DNA from: an uncultured Gammaproteobacteria bacterium
Lineage (GTDB): Bacteria > Pseudomonadota > Gammaproteobacteria > JASBUN01
Assembly: GCA_963762165.1 (NCBI GenBank)
Contig: CAVXJN010000003.1
Location: 1,440,694-1,504,693 of the forward strand
Reading direction: 5' to 3'
DNA length: 64,000 nucleotides
Position 1 is the stretch's first letter, and the number at the start of each line of letters is the position of its first letter. The translations under genes were made by a program, and so were the position numbers. The notes below the pieces were generated by a model, which made no database searches, was not told the origin of the DNA, and saw only the letters and a list, made by a program, of their open reading frames with translations. This document shows, piece by piece, positions 47,108 through 56,891 of the stretch.

Positions 47108-47829
47108 GGTTGGTCCTTGTAGTGGCTGCGGATTATACCTAGATCATGCGCCATTTGTTCGGGTTGGTGGGGCACGTTGGTGAACAATGCGGCGAGTTCG
47201 CCCTGCGGATCGATCACCATCACTGCGGCGCTGTGGTCGACGGTGTAGTTGCCATTCTGATCCGGTTTGTTATGTACGTACAGAATGCCCAGGGCGCGGG
47301 TGAGTTTGTCCAATTGCTCTATCGATCCGCGGGCGCCGATGAATTTCGGGTTGAAATAGGTAATGTACTGGCCGATTTGTTTGGCGGTGTCCCGTTGTGG
47401 ATCCACAGATACGAATAAGACGCGGGTTTGGTCGCGCAAGGGCTCGGGCAGCGCTTTTAGCGTTCGATTCAATTCCGCGAGCGTGGTGGGGCACACGTCA
47501 GGACAATGGGTGTAGCCGAAGAACAGCAATGTCCAATGGCCGTGCAACCACGCGTTGTCAACCGCATTATGGTTTTGATCTTCGAGCGTGAAAGCGGGCA
47601 GCGGTTTCGGTGGGGTCAACAAGGTCCCCGATTGCAGCGTAGGGCCCTGACCGCTCTGGCCGGAGCGGGCCACCGTGGCCAGCGGCGCAAATTCGGCGCT
47701 CAGCCACACGCCCGCGATCATTGCCGCCAAGGCGATGATGACTAGGAGGAACGGAAATGCGCGGCCCGATTGGGAATGCGGACGAGTATCGATCATTGGT
47801 CCCCGGTCTGATGTCTCGTGGGCGGTCAT
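47104..47829 (-). CDS. SCO1/SenC-family copper chaperone / thiol-disulfide oxidoreductase
   Basis: Thioredoxin-fold CxxxC with the downstream His (FGYTHCPDVCPTTL). It has a 4-nt overlap with the PCu(A)C gene. Confidence 0.85.
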   Translation of the reverse strand: MTAHETSDRGPMIDTRPHSQSGRAFPFLLVIIALAAMIAGVWLSAEFAPLATVARSGQSGQGPTLQSGTLLTPPKPLPAFTLEDQNHNAVDNAWLHGHWTLLFFGYTHCPDVCPTTLAELNRTLKALPEPLRDQTRVLFVSVDPQRDTAKQIGQYITYFNPKFIGARGSIEQLDKLTRALGILYVHNKPDQNGNYTVDHSAAVMVIDPQGELAALFTNVPHQPEQMAHDLGIIRSHYKDQP

Positions 47830-47880
47830 CGTATATCATGCGGCCACCGGCGCAAACCCGCTGCCGTCAGGACATTGCTC

Positions 47881-48834
47881 ATGAAAGATCGTCTGCAGGC
47901 GCTTGCACAACTCGCTACCGCGCGCGATTGGGTGCGCTGGGGGATGAGCCGGTTCAACGAGGCCGGCCTTCACTATGGCCACGGAACCGACAATGCGTTC
48001 GATGAAGCGCTGGCCTTGACCTTGCACGCCTTGCACCTGTCCCACGACCTCCCCGAGGCCTACCTGGACACGCGGCTCACCGATAATGAGCGCAAAGATA
48101 TTCTGGATTTGCTGCAGCGCCGGCTCGATCAGCGGATTCCTGCGCCTTATATCACCCACGAAGCGTGGTTCGCCGGATTGGCGTTCTATGTCGACGAACG
48201 CGTGTTGGTGCCGCGTTCTCCCATTGCGGAGTTGATCCAATCCCGGTTCGAGCCATGGCTGGCGGCGCCGGTGCGTCGGGTTTTGGACCTGTGTACCGGC
48301 AGCGGTTGCATCGCGATTGCGTGTGCCTATGCATTTGCCGAAGCGGCGGTGGATGCGGTCGACCTTTCGCAGGGAGCGCTCGAGGTGGCGGCCGTCAATG
48401 TCGAACAACATGGCCTGGGGGGTCGGGTCAAATTGCTCGAAGGCGATTTGTTTGCGCCGGTCGGTGGCCGGCGCTACGACCTGATCGTCAGTAACCCACC
48501 TTATGTCGGCGCGGCGGAACTGGCGGCACTGCCGACGGAATACGGCCACGAGCCGCAGATCGGTCTTGCCGCCGGTAGCGAAGGTCTGGATTTGGTCGTG
48601 CCGATGCTTGCTGCCGCGGCAGCGCACCTGGAACCGGGCGGCGTACTGGTGGTCGAGGTCGGCAGCGCCCAGCACGCGTTGATAGCGCGTTTTCAGGAAG
48701 TGCCGTTCTTATGGTTGGAATTCGAGCGCGGTGGGGAAGGGGTCTTTCTGCTCACGGCGCAGCAGCTTCACGACTATGCCGATCGCTTCGCGGAAGCGGC
48801 AGCGTCGATGCCCGGGCAGGAACCCCAGCGCTGA
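47881..48834 (+). CDS. prmB: 50S ribosomal protein L3 glutamine N5-methyltransferase
   Basis: Strong collinearity with E. coli PrmB (YfcB): WGMSRFNEAGLHYGHGTDN, FYVDERVLVPRSPI, DLCTGSGCIAIACAYAF, NPPYV. The start is the ATG at 47881. Confidence 0.85.
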   Translation: MKDRLQALAQLATARDWVRWGMSRFNEAGLHYGHGTDNAFDEALALTLHALHLSHDLPEAYLDTRLTDNERKDILDLLQRRLDQRIPAPYITHEAWFAGLAFYVDERVLVPRSPIAELIQSRFEPWLAAPVRRVLDLCTGSGCIAIACAYAFAEAAVDAVDLSQGALEVAAVNVEQHGLGGRVKLLEGDLFAPVGGRRYDLIVSNPPYVGAAELAALPTEYGHEPQIGLAAGSEGLDLVVPMLAAAAAHLEPGGVLVVEVGSAQHALIARFQEVPFLWLEFERGGEGVFLLTAQQLHDYADRFAEAAASMPGQEPQR

Positions 48835-48880
48835 TCGCATCGCGCTGCGGGGCCGCGCCGTGCCTGGTCGTGAGTTGCGA

Positions 48881-49261
48881 TCAATCGTGGGCGGCGGATT
48901 CGCTCAGTGCCGATAGTTCGCGATGCAGCAATTCCGGATCGCCGGTATTCAGTTCAACGATGCGCGCCAAATGGGTAATGCTGTCGACATCGATGTGATC
49001 GCAACGAAATCCCGCGCGTCGGTCTTCCACGTGGGCTACCGTCGTCTGCATGTTGATGGCCTGTTCATCGCTCAGCCGAATATGCAAAGTGGCGGGCATG
49101 CCGGGAACCACGGTCTGGCGCGCGTCGAGCCTCACCAAGGCGCCCTTCAGTGACAGGTCCAGCAGTTCCCCGGGATATTGGCCGCCGGCGTCGACGGTCA
49201 CCGCCGCGTCGAATGCGATGCGGCTGAAGTTGCGCTGGTCCGCAGAGGACGAAGATGTCAT
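48881..49261 (-). CDS. PilZ-domain protein
   Basis: Both canonical motifs are present (QRNFSR = QRxxxR; DLSLKG = DxSxxG). The start was chosen at the Met of MTSSSSADQ within ORF 48881..49342. Confidence 0.65.
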   Translation of the reverse strand: MTSSSSADQRNFSRIAFDAAVTVDAGGQYPGELLDLSLKGALVRLDARQTVVPGMPATLHIRLSDEQAINMQTTVAHVEDRRAGFRCDHIDVDSITHLARIVELNTGDPELLHRELSALSESAAHD

Positions 49262-49301
49262 GACATGGCCCGGTGAATGAGGTGGGTGGGAAGTGTGGAA
49301 T

Positions 49302-49946
49302 TCAGCGCTGTTCGGTGAAGAATAGCATCTGCGTGGCGCCAATTTGGATGGTATCTCCGTCCTGCAACTGCACGCTTTCTTCGCCGACCACCTGATCGCC
49401 CACCAGTGTCGGCCGCTCCCCGCCCAGATGCGAAATAAAAAAACCGTCGCCGCGGCTTGCGATCATGGCGCTCTGGCCTCCGGTCTTGCCTAGGCGTACG
49501 AGACTGCGGTCGAGGCGGATGGTGCGGCCTAGCTTCGGTCCGTTGAGGAACTGCAGCCAGGCTTCGTGGAAGGTCAGTTCGTCGTCCGTAGGCTCCGCGG
49601 CGCTGACCGCGTGATCCCGTGCTACGGAAACGGTGTGCTTTCCGAACAGCAACACGTCGCCGTGCCCGAGACGTTGCTCCCCCGACACCACCTTGCCATT
49701 GAGCAGCACGCCGGCGCTGCTGCTGACGCTGTGCAGGAGCAGTTCACCGTTCTCAGAGCGTATTCGCGCATGCACCGGATCCAGGCCCAGGTTGTCGATC
49801 CGCAAATCGCAATCCGGGTCGCGCCCGATCGACGCATTCTCTGCGGTGACGCTGAAGACCTTGAGTATGCGACCTTTGAATGAAAGCGTGAGCTTGTACA
49901 CTGCCAGAGGTGCTCCTTGACCTGGTTCTCCCGGCGCTCCGGGCAT
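49302..49946 (-). CDS. protein with two FHA (forkhead-associated) domains
   Basis: The first FHA is GRDPDCDLRIDN...HARI...NGTVV-like and the second is in the C-terminal half. It ends 40 nt upstream of the PilZ gene. Confidence 0.7.
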   Translation of the reverse strand: MPGAPGEPGQGAPLAVYKLTLSFKGRILKVFSVTAENASIGRDPDCDLRIDNLGLDPVHARIRSENGELLLHSVSSSAGVLLNGKVVSGEQRLGHGDVLLFGKHTVSVARDHAVSAAEPTDDELTFHEAWLQFLNGPKLGRTIRLDRSLVRLGKTGGQSAMIASRGDGFFISHLGGERPTLVGDQVVGEESVQLQDGDTIQIGATQMLFFTEQR

Positions 49947-50040
49947 TTGCGCAATATCCGCTTCCGCCGTCGGCGCTTGGCGCGCAAACGATCCTATTCA
50001 TTAGCGGCCGGTGGGCACCGAAATTTATACTTTGCCGTAT

Positions 50041-51333
50041 TCAGGGGGAGGCCTGGTTCGCATTCTGGCGCATCGGTCGCGGGCGGATACGGACGGTTTT
50101 CACCGCATTGTCCTTGGTTTGCACGATTTCCACCTCGTATCCGGACAGCAACATGCTGGTACCAGGCTCCGGAATCGCCTCCATATGTTCCAGAATCAGT
50201 CCGTTCAAGGTTTTCGGGCCGGCGGTCGGCAGATCCCACGTCAACAGGCGATTGAGTTCGCGCACGTAGCTGCCGCCGTCGATCAGATAGCTGCCGTCCT
50301 CCTGCGGGTGGATGTCCTTGCTGACCGCGGCCGGATCGGTCGTGAATTCGCCGACGATCTCTTCCAGGATATCTTCCAGCGTTACCAGTCCTTTGATTTC
50401 TCCGTATTCGTCGACCACCAGGCCGATCCGCCGGCCCTGGCGCTGGAAATTGATCAGTTGCTTGTTGAGCGGCGTGCCTTCCGGGATGAAATAGGGCTCC
50501 CGTAGAATTTCCAGCAGATCGTTGCGCCCGAATTCCTCCTGCGTCAGCAGATGCAGAACGTTGCGCAAATACAGAAAGCCAACGATGTCGTCGATGTCGT
50601 TGCGATACACCGGCAGCTTGGTGTACTGACTAGTGACCAGGAGTTCTTCGATGGCGTCCCAGTGGTCCTCGAGATCGATACCGACGACTTCGCTGCGAGG
50701 CACCATGATGTCTTCGACGGTCACTTTTTCCAAATCGAGAATACTGAGCAGCATGCGTTGGTGGCGCTGCGGAATCATGGCGCCGGCTTCGTTGACTACG
50801 GTACGCAATTCTTCCGAGCTGAGATTGAGGTTGCCGGTTTCTTCAGTGCTCAAGCGCAGCAGCCGCAAAAGCCGGTTGGCGATTGCGTTGACGACCCAAA
50901 CGACCGGATAAAGGATGCGCAGCAGCGGCTGGTAGATGTAGGCCGCAGGAAATGCGACCCGCTCCGGATGCAGGGCGGCGAGCGTCTTCGGTGCGACCTC
51001 GGCGAAAATCAGTATCAGCAAGGTCAGAACGCCCGTGGCGATGGCGAGCGCACCTTCGCCGCCCAGTCGCAAGGCGATGATGGTCGTCAGCGCCGAAGCC
51101 AGAATATTGACGAAATTGTTGCCCAGCAAAATGAGCCCAATGAGCCGATCCGGGCGTTCCAGCAGCTTCGCCGCGCGCATCGCGCCGCGATGGCCTGCTT
51201 TGGCGAGATGCCGTAAGCGGTACCGGTTGAGTGTCATCAGGCCGGTTTCGGAGCCGGAGAAAAACGCCGAAAGAACCAGCAACACCACCAGTGTACCGAT
51301 CAGCACACTCAATGGAATTTCTTGCAGAGCCAA
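50041..51333 (-). CDS. CNNM/CorC-HlyC family transporter (DUF21 + CBS pair + CorC_HlyC)
   Basis: 430-aa ORF with the DUF21 TM region, two CBS motifs and the C-terminal transporter-associated domain. Confidence 0.85.
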   Translation of the reverse strand: MALQEIPLSVLIGTLVVLLVLSAFFSGSETGLMTLNRYRLRHLAKAGHRGAMRAAKLLERPDRLIGLILLGNNFVNILASALTTIIALRLGGEGALAIATGVLTLLILIFAEVAPKTLAALHPERVAFPAAYIYQPLLRILYPVVWVVNAIANRLLRLLRLSTEETGNLNLSSEELRTVVNEAGAMIPQRHQRMLLSILDLEKVTVEDIMVPRSEVVGIDLEDHWDAIEELLVTSQYTKLPVYRNDIDDIVGFLYLRNVLHLLTQEEFGRNDLLEILREPYFIPEGTPLNKQLINFQRQGRRIGLVVDEYGEIKGLVTLEDILEEIVGEFTTDPAAVSKDIHPQEDGSYLIDGGSYVRELNRLLTWDLPTAGPKTLNGLILEHMEAIPEPGTSMLLSGYEVEIVQTKDNAVKTVRIRPRPMRQNANQASP

Positions 51334-51421
51334 GGTCGGGATGTGCCTGTGTTTAGGGCCTAGGTGCGGAAGGTTATTTGACCGGCTTCAGCTCGGCCGT
51401 GTCAAGCGTGGTCCGGGGGAG

Positions 51422-52228
51422 TCAACGTTTCAGCACCAGTTCCAAAACCATCTTGGTGCCGAAATAGGCGAGCATCAGTAACACAAAGCCGCCCAGAGTC
51501 CAGCGAATGGCAATGCGGCCGCGCCAGCCGAACCGCCAGCGTCCCCACAGGAGAATGGCGAACACGATCCAGGCGACGATCGACAGCACCGTTTTGTGCA
51601 CCAGATGCTGGGCGAAAATATCCTCCAGGAACAGCATGCCCGTGACCAGGCTCAAGGTCAGAAAAGCGAACCCCACCGCGATCATTTCGAACAGCAGCGC
51701 TTCCATGGTTTGCAGGGGCGGCAACGCGCGGATAAAACCGCCGGGTTGGCGATTGCGCAGATGCCGGTTCTGGATTGCGAGCAACACTGCTTGCACCATG
51801 GCAATGGTGAGGACGCTGTAGGCGACTACGGAAAGGAGGATGTGAACCTGTAGTTGCCATGTGCCGAGGACATGCAACACATGGCGTTCCGAAAACAACT
51901 CCTCCAGGGCAATGGTCGCGGCGGCGAGCGGCAGAAGCACGATACCCAGGTTTTCGACCGGTTTTCGCAGCGCCGCCAGCATCAACAGCGTCGCGACCAG
52001 CCACCCGATCAGCGAAGCGGCGTTGAAGAAACCGAGGTTGACGCCGTTGGGAATCAACAGCGTTCTGTGCAACAGAATCCCATGCAGGAGCACGGCAACC
52101 AGGCCCAATGCCAGGGCCACGATCCGGCCGCCCGGTGCCGTGTCGCCGCGCGCCAAGCGTACAGACAGAAGCCCGGCGCTGATCAGGTACAGCGCGATTG
52201 CAGGCACGCTTAGAACGGTCAGAGTCAT
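51422..52228 (-). CDS. ypjD: inner-membrane protein of the cytochrome-c-assembly-like family (YpjD homolog)
   Basis: 268 aa, about 8 TM, with the W-rich segment LWGRWRFGWRG. Its position divergent from ffh and next to the corC-like gene matches the E. coli ypjD-yfjD-ffh arrangement. Confidence 0.7.
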   Translation of the reverse strand: MTLTVLSVPAIALYLISAGLLSVRLARGDTAPGGRIVALALGLVAVLLHGILLHRTLLIPNGVNLGFFNAASLIGWLVATLLMLAALRKPVENLGIVLLPLAAATIALEELFSERHVLHVLGTWQLQVHILLSVVAYSVLTIAMVQAVLLAIQNRHLRNRQPGGFIRALPPLQTMEALLFEMIAVGFAFLTLSLVTGMLFLEDIFAQHLVHKTVLSIVAWIVFAILLWGRWRFGWRGRIAIRWTLGGFVLLMLAYFGTKMVLELVLKR

Positions 52229-52355
52229 ATGCGAAAGCGAATTTTGCCAGGCGGCATAATGGCATAACCATGGCCGGGATAGAAGCCGAGGCGCTCGGGC
52301 CCGGGCATCGCCTGCGATTGCGGTTTTGTGACTTGCGCTTCGTTTTCAGATCAAA

Positions 52356-53174
52356 ATGTTATGTCATGATCGGCAACAGGATGGGGCGGCAAAACTGGAT
52401 TTCACAGCCGTGAAAATACGTGTGCTGGGCTGCAGCGGCGGCATCGGCGAGGGACTCGATACCACTTGCCTGCTGGTCGATGATCGAATTTTGCTCGATG
52501 CCGGAACCGGTATCGGCAGTCTGCCGCTGTCTGCGTTGCAAAAGATCCGCCATGTATTCGTCACCCATTCGCACCTCGACCATATCGCCGGCATCCCGCT
52601 GTTGGTGGACACGATCTTCGATGCGCTCGACGAGCCACTGACCGTACACGCGCGGGCCGAAACCATCGATGCGCTTCGCACCCACGTGTTCAACGGAGTC
52701 ATCTGGCCGGATTTCACCGTTATTCCGAACGCCGACCGGGCGGTGCTGCGGTTCGAGGTCATGGCGCCCGGCGAATCGTTCCGGGTTGGCGATTGCAGCG
52801 TCGAATTGGTCCCGGTCAATCACGTGGTTCCGGGCGCTGGCTATCGGGTGGAATGTGCCGGGGGCGCGCTCGCATTCAGTGGCGACACCACCACCAACGA
52901 CACCTTCTGGACGGCACTCAACGCCCACGACGATTTGGATGTACTGATCGTCGAAGCGGCGTTTCCGGACCGTGATCTGGATCTGTGTCGCTTGGCGCAT
53001 CACTATTGCCCAAGTCTGCTGGCAACGGATCTGGAAAAGCTCCGGCACCGGCCTCAGGTCTACCTGACCCATCTCAAACCCGGCGACGAGGATGAAATCG
53101 TTGGCCAATGCCGCGACGGCATCCGCCATCTCGACGTACGGCAATTGTTCGGCGGCGAAATATTCGAATTTTAA
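52356..53174 (+). CDS. class II 3',5'-cyclic-nucleotide phosphodiesterase-like MBL-fold hydrolase
   Basis: The class-II PDE signature HxHLDHxxG is present as THSHLDHIAG. The start is uncertain (ATG 52356 or GTG 52410). Confidence 0.6.
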   Translation: MLCHDRQQDGAAKLDFTAVKIRVLGCSGGIGEGLDTTCLLVDDRILLDAGTGIGSLPLSALQKIRHVFVTHSHLDHIAGIPLLVDTIFDALDEPLTVHARAETIDALRTHVFNGVIWPDFTVIPNADRAVLRFEVMAPGESFRVGDCSVELVPVNHVVPGAGYRVECAGGALAFSGDTTTNDTFWTALNAHDDLDVLIVEAAFPDRDLDLCRLAHHYCPSLLATDLEKLRHRPQVYLTHLKPGDEDEIVGQCRDGIRHLDVRQLFGGEIFEF

Positions 53175-53272
53175 GGGTTTCCCATGGCCACGCGGTCGGA
53201 ACCCGCCCGTGACTAGGTAAGGTCCCCCGGCTTGCGTTAGAATCCCAGCCTCTTCAGGATTCGGGCCCGACC

Positions 53273-54631
53273 ATGTTTGACAGTCTTTCCGATCGACTTT
53301 CCAGCACCCTCAAAAAGCTGCGCGGCCAAGGGCGGCTTACTGAGGACAACATCAAGGAAACCCTGCGCGAAGTGCGCATGGCTTTGCTGGAGGCGGACGT
53401 CGCCCTGCCAGTGGTGAAAACGTTCATCGACCGGGTGCGCGAACGCGCGGTCGGGCGCGAGGTGCTCGACAGCCTGACTCCGGGGCAGGCGCTGGTGAAA
53501 GTGGTGCGCGACGAGTTGGTCGCGGTCATGGGCGATGCCAACGAGGAACTCAAGCTCAACGTACAGCCCCCGGCAGTTGTGCTCATGGCGGGCCTGCAGG
53601 GCGCGGGCAAGACCACCACGGTGGCGAAACTGGCGCGCTGGTTGAAGGAACGCAGGAAATCGGTGTTGGTGGTGAGTTGCGACGTCTACCGCCCTGCGGC
53701 AATCCAGCAACTTGCACGCCTGGCCGAGCAGGTCGGTGTCGAGGCGTTTCCCAGCGATCCGATTCAGGACCCGGTCACCATCGCCACCGCGGCGGTGGCC
53801 CAGGGGCGCAAGCAGTTCGTCGACGTGGTGCTGGTGGACACCGCCGGGCGCATGCACATCGACGCCGATATGATGGGCGAAATCCAGCGCCTGCATGAAG
53901 CGCTCAAGCCGGTGGAAACCCTGTTCGTGGTCGACAGCATGACCGGCCAGGATGCCGCCAATACGGCACAGGCGTTTAATGAAGCGTTGCCGCTGACAGG
54001 CGTGATTCTCACCAAAACCGATGGCGATGCCCGTGGCGGCGCCGCGCTGTCGATTCGCCAGATTACCGGCAAACCGATCAAATTCCTGGGCGCCGGTGAA
54101 AAAGTGGCGGCATTGGAGCCGTTCCATCCGGACCGGGTCGCGTCACGGATCCTGGGTATGGGCGACGTGCTGAGCCTGGTGGAAGAGGCTGAACGCAAGG
54201 TCGACCGCGACAAGGCCATGAAACTGGCCAAAAAACTCAACAAAGGCAAGGGTTTCGACCTGGAAGATTTCCGCGAACAGTTGCAACAGATGAACGCCAT
54301 GGGAGGCGTAGCCGGTCTGCTGGACAAATTGCCGGGTACCGCCAATCTCCCGGACAACGTCAAGAGCAAGGTCAACGACCGCGACATGGGTCGGCTGGTG
54401 GCAATCATCAATTCGATGACGCCAAAGGAGCGGCAATTCCCGGACATCATCAAGGGTTCCCGCAAGCGGCGTATCGCCGCCGGGTCCGGCACCCAGGTCC
54501 AGGACGTCAATCGTCTACTCAAGCAGTTCGCGCAAATGCAGAAAATGATGAAGAAAATGTCCAAGGGCGGGATGGCGAAGATGCTGCGGGCCATGAAGGG
54601 CCGGATGCCGCCGGGCATGCCGCCCATGTAG
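53273..54631 (+). CDS. ffh: signal recognition particle protein Ffh
   Basis: 452 aa with the N, G (GLQGAGKTT) and Met-rich M domains. Confidence 0.95.
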   Translation: MFDSLSDRLSSTLKKLRGQGRLTEDNIKETLREVRMALLEADVALPVVKTFIDRVRERAVGREVLDSLTPGQALVKVVRDELVAVMGDANEELKLNVQPPAVVLMAGLQGAGKTTTVAKLARWLKERRKSVLVVSCDVYRPAAIQQLARLAEQVGVEAFPSDPIQDPVTIATAAVAQGRKQFVDVVLVDTAGRMHIDADMMGEIQRLHEALKPVETLFVVDSMTGQDAANTAQAFNEALPLTGVILTKTDGDARGGAALSIRQITGKPIKFLGAGEKVAALEPFHPDRVASRILGMGDVLSLVEEAERKVDRDKAMKLAKKLNKGKGFDLEDFREQLQQMNAMGGVAGLLDKLPGTANLPDNVKSKVNDRDMGRLVAIINSMTPKERQFPDIIKGSRKRRIAAGSGTQVQDVNRLLKQFAQMQKMMKKMSKGGMAKMLRAMKGRMPPGMPPM

Positions 54632-54791
54632 CCGCATGGGGCGCCGCCGAGGAACCGCACCCGCTCGCCGGCGGGGAATTCGGCTGTTCGCTTAACCCCT
54701 TCACTTTTCCGCCGTTTCGCGTACAATCACCGGTTTTCCCGGCGCGGCCTGTCCGCGCCGCACGAACGAACACGCAGAGGATCACCAGGAT

Positions 54792-55037
54792 ATGGTCACC
54801 ATTCGACTGTCACGCGGCGGCGCCAACAAGCGCCCGTTCTACCACATCGTGGTCACCGACAGCCGCAACCGCCGCGACGGCCGATACATCGAACGTCTTG
54901 GCTTTTTCAATCCCGTTGCCAGCGGTAACGCGCAGACCTTGAACCTCAATGCCGAGCGGGTCGATTACTGGCTCGGGAAGGGCGCGCAGCCGTCCGAGCG
55001 CGTCGCCAAACTGATCAAGGAAAGCCGCAGCGCCTGA
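54792..55037 (+). CDS. rpsP: 30S ribosomal protein S16
   Basis: [17 protein letters not shown]... First gene of the rpsP-rimM-trmD-rplS operon. Confidence 0.95.
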   Translation: MVTIRLSRGGANKRPFYHIVVTDSRNRRDGRYIERLGFFNPVASGNAQTLNLNAERVDYWLGKGAQPSERVAKLIKESRSA

Positions 55038-55061
55038 TCCTCGGGTGCGACGGCATGCGGG

Positions 55062-55607
55062 TTGGCAGTGGCTGCGGAGCCCGGCACTGACACGGAAACC
55101 GAAGCCGCTGAGCCGTTGGTGATCGTCGGCCGGGTCTCCGGTTTGTTCGGCGTCAAGGGCTGGCTCAAGATCTTCGCCTACACCGACCCGCGGGAAAACA
55201 TTTTGCAGTACGACCCGTGGTATTTGCGGCTCGCGGATGGCTGGCGCCAGGTTTCGATCGCCGAAGGCCAGCGGCACGGTAAAACCGTGATTGCGCGACT
55301 GCAAGGTTGCACGGACCGTGACACGGCTGCGGCTTGGATCGGCCACGACATCGCGGTGCGCCGGGAACAGTTACCGATCCTGGGCGACGATGAATTTTAC
55401 TGGTCCGATCTGGAAGGGCTCGAGGTCGTGACCACCGCTGGAGTTGCGCTGGGCAAGGTTGCACATTTGCTGGAAACCGGCGCAAACGACGTGCTGGTGG
55501 TGCAAGGCGAGAGGGAACGGTTGATTCCCTATATTCGACCGGACGTGGTCGTCGAGATCGACCTGGCTGGTGGAGTGCTGCGGGTCGACTGGGATCCGGA
55601 GTTCTGA
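55062..55607 (+). CDS. rimM: ribosome maturation factor RimM
   Basis: RimM/PRC barrel layout ([18 protein letters not shown]). Confidence 0.9.
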   Translation: MAVAAEPGTDTETEAAEPLVIVGRVSGLFGVKGWLKIFAYTDPRENILQYDPWYLRLADGWRQVSIAEGQRHGKTVIARLQGCTDRDTAAAWIGHDIAVRREQLPILGDDEFYWSDLEGLEVVTTAGVALGKVAHLLETGANDVLVVQGERERLIPYIRPDVVVEIDLAGGVLRVDWDPEF

Positions 55608-55615
55608 TCCCGGCG

Positions 55616-56380
55616 ATGCGCATCGACGTCGTAACCTTGTTTCCGGAATTGGTGCGCGGCTTGACGGTGGGCGGCATCACCGGGCGGGCTGTGGAACGCG
55701 GAATTCTGGACCTGCAGTTCTGGAATCCGCGCGATTACACCCACGATCGACACCGCACCGTGGACGACCGCCCATACGGCGGCGGTCCGGGAATGGTAAT
55801 GAAAGTCGAACCCTTGCGGGCGGCGATCACGGCAGCGCGAGCCGCCCAGCAACAGGATTGCCCGGTGATCCATCTCAGCCCGCAGGGACGACGTCTGGAT
55901 CAAGCCGGGGCGCATGAACTGGCGACGCAGCCGGCCATGATCCTGGTTGCCGGACGCTACGAAGGCATCGATGAGCGGGTCGTGCAGACCGAGATCGATC
56001 AGGAATGGTCGATCGGCGACTATGTGTTGAGCGGCGGCGAGCTGGCGGCGATGGTTGTTGTCGATGCCGTGACCCGTTTGTTGCCGGGGGCGTTGGGCGA
56101 TGAGGATTCGGCACAGCAGGATTCGTTCGCCGATGGGTTGTTGGATTATCCCCATTACACCCGGCCGGAAGTGATCGACGGACTGCGGGTGCCGGAAGTA
56201 CTGCTCGGAGGTAATCACCAGGCCATCGAGCGCTGGCGGCGCAAGCAGGCTCTGGGCAGAACTTGGTTGCGGCGCCCGGACCTGTTGCAGGTTTTGGAGT
56301 TGGACCAACCGCAACGCGAGTTGTTGCAGGAATTCATTGAGGAGCACCGGCAAAGCGAAGACAATGCCGGCGACGTCTGA
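55616..56380 (+). CDS. trmD: tRNA (guanine37-N1)-methyltransferase
   Basis: [11 protein letters not shown]...[13 protein letters not shown] is the TrmD signature. Confidence 0.95.
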   Translation: MRIDVVTLFPELVRGLTVGGITGRAVERGILDLQFWNPRDYTHDRHRTVDDRPYGGGPGMVMKVEPLRAAITAARAAQQQDCPVIHLSPQGRRLDQAGAHELATQPAMILVAGRYEGIDERVVQTEIDQEWSIGDYVLSGGELAAMVVVDAVTRLLPGALGDEDSAQQDSFADGLLDYPHYTRPEVIDGLRVPEVLLGGNHQAIERWRRKQALGRTWLRRPDLLQVLELDQPQRELLQEFIEEHRQSEDNAGDV

Positions 56381-56436
56381 GGCGTCGGCTTCTCGTATCG
56401 TTAGAATTGATGGGCGTGATCCACAGGGGTAAGGCC

Positions 56437-56793
56437 ATGAGCAATATCATTCAGGAACTGGAACAGGAACAAATGACCCGCGAAGTACCGGCGTTCGGTG
56501 CCGGTGACACGGTGGTCGTCAATGTCAAAGTGACCGAGGGCAACCGTGAGCGCCTGCAGGCGTTCGAAGGCGTGGTCATCGCCAAGCGCAACCGTGGCCT
56601 CAACTCTTCGTTCACCGTGCGCAAGATCTCCCACGGCGAAGGCGTGGAACGCGTGTTCCAGACCCACAGCCCGCAGATCGATTCCATCGTGGTCAAGCGC
56701 CGCGGCGACGTGCGTCGTGCCAAGCTTTACTATTTGCGCGACCGTCAAGGCAAAGCGGCGCGCATCAAGGAAAAGCTCACCGCCAAGAACTGA
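56437..56793 (+). CDS. rplS: 50S ribosomal protein L19
   Basis: [13 protein letters not shown]... with the conserved body. The start is at ATG 56437 inside ORF 56407..56793. Confidence 0.95.
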   Translation: MSNIIQELEQEQMTREVPAFGAGDTVVVNVKVTEGNRERLQAFEGVVIAKRNRGLNSSFTVRKISHGEGVERVFQTHSPQIDSIVVKRRGDVRRAKLYYLRDRQGKAARIKEKLTAKN

Positions 56794-56837
56794 GCCGCAC
56801 GCCAGCGGCTACAACTGCAGCCGCCGATGTGCTAACA

Positions 56838-56877
56838 ATGCGGGTGTCCCGTCCGGGACGCCCGCATTTTGTTTTTG
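56838..56877 (+). terminator. rho-independent terminator of the rpsP operon: 11-bp GC stem (GCGGGTGTCCC / GGGACGCCCGC, one G-U pair) followed by TTTTGTTTTTGT
   Basis: Read directly from the sequence, 45 nt after the rplS stop. Confidence 0.7.
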
Positions 56878-56891
56878 TGGACCGCACCGTC

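Noticed and set aside
53237-54127. 296-aa ORF on the - strand
   Set aside because: It is entirely antisense to ffh, which is unambiguous.
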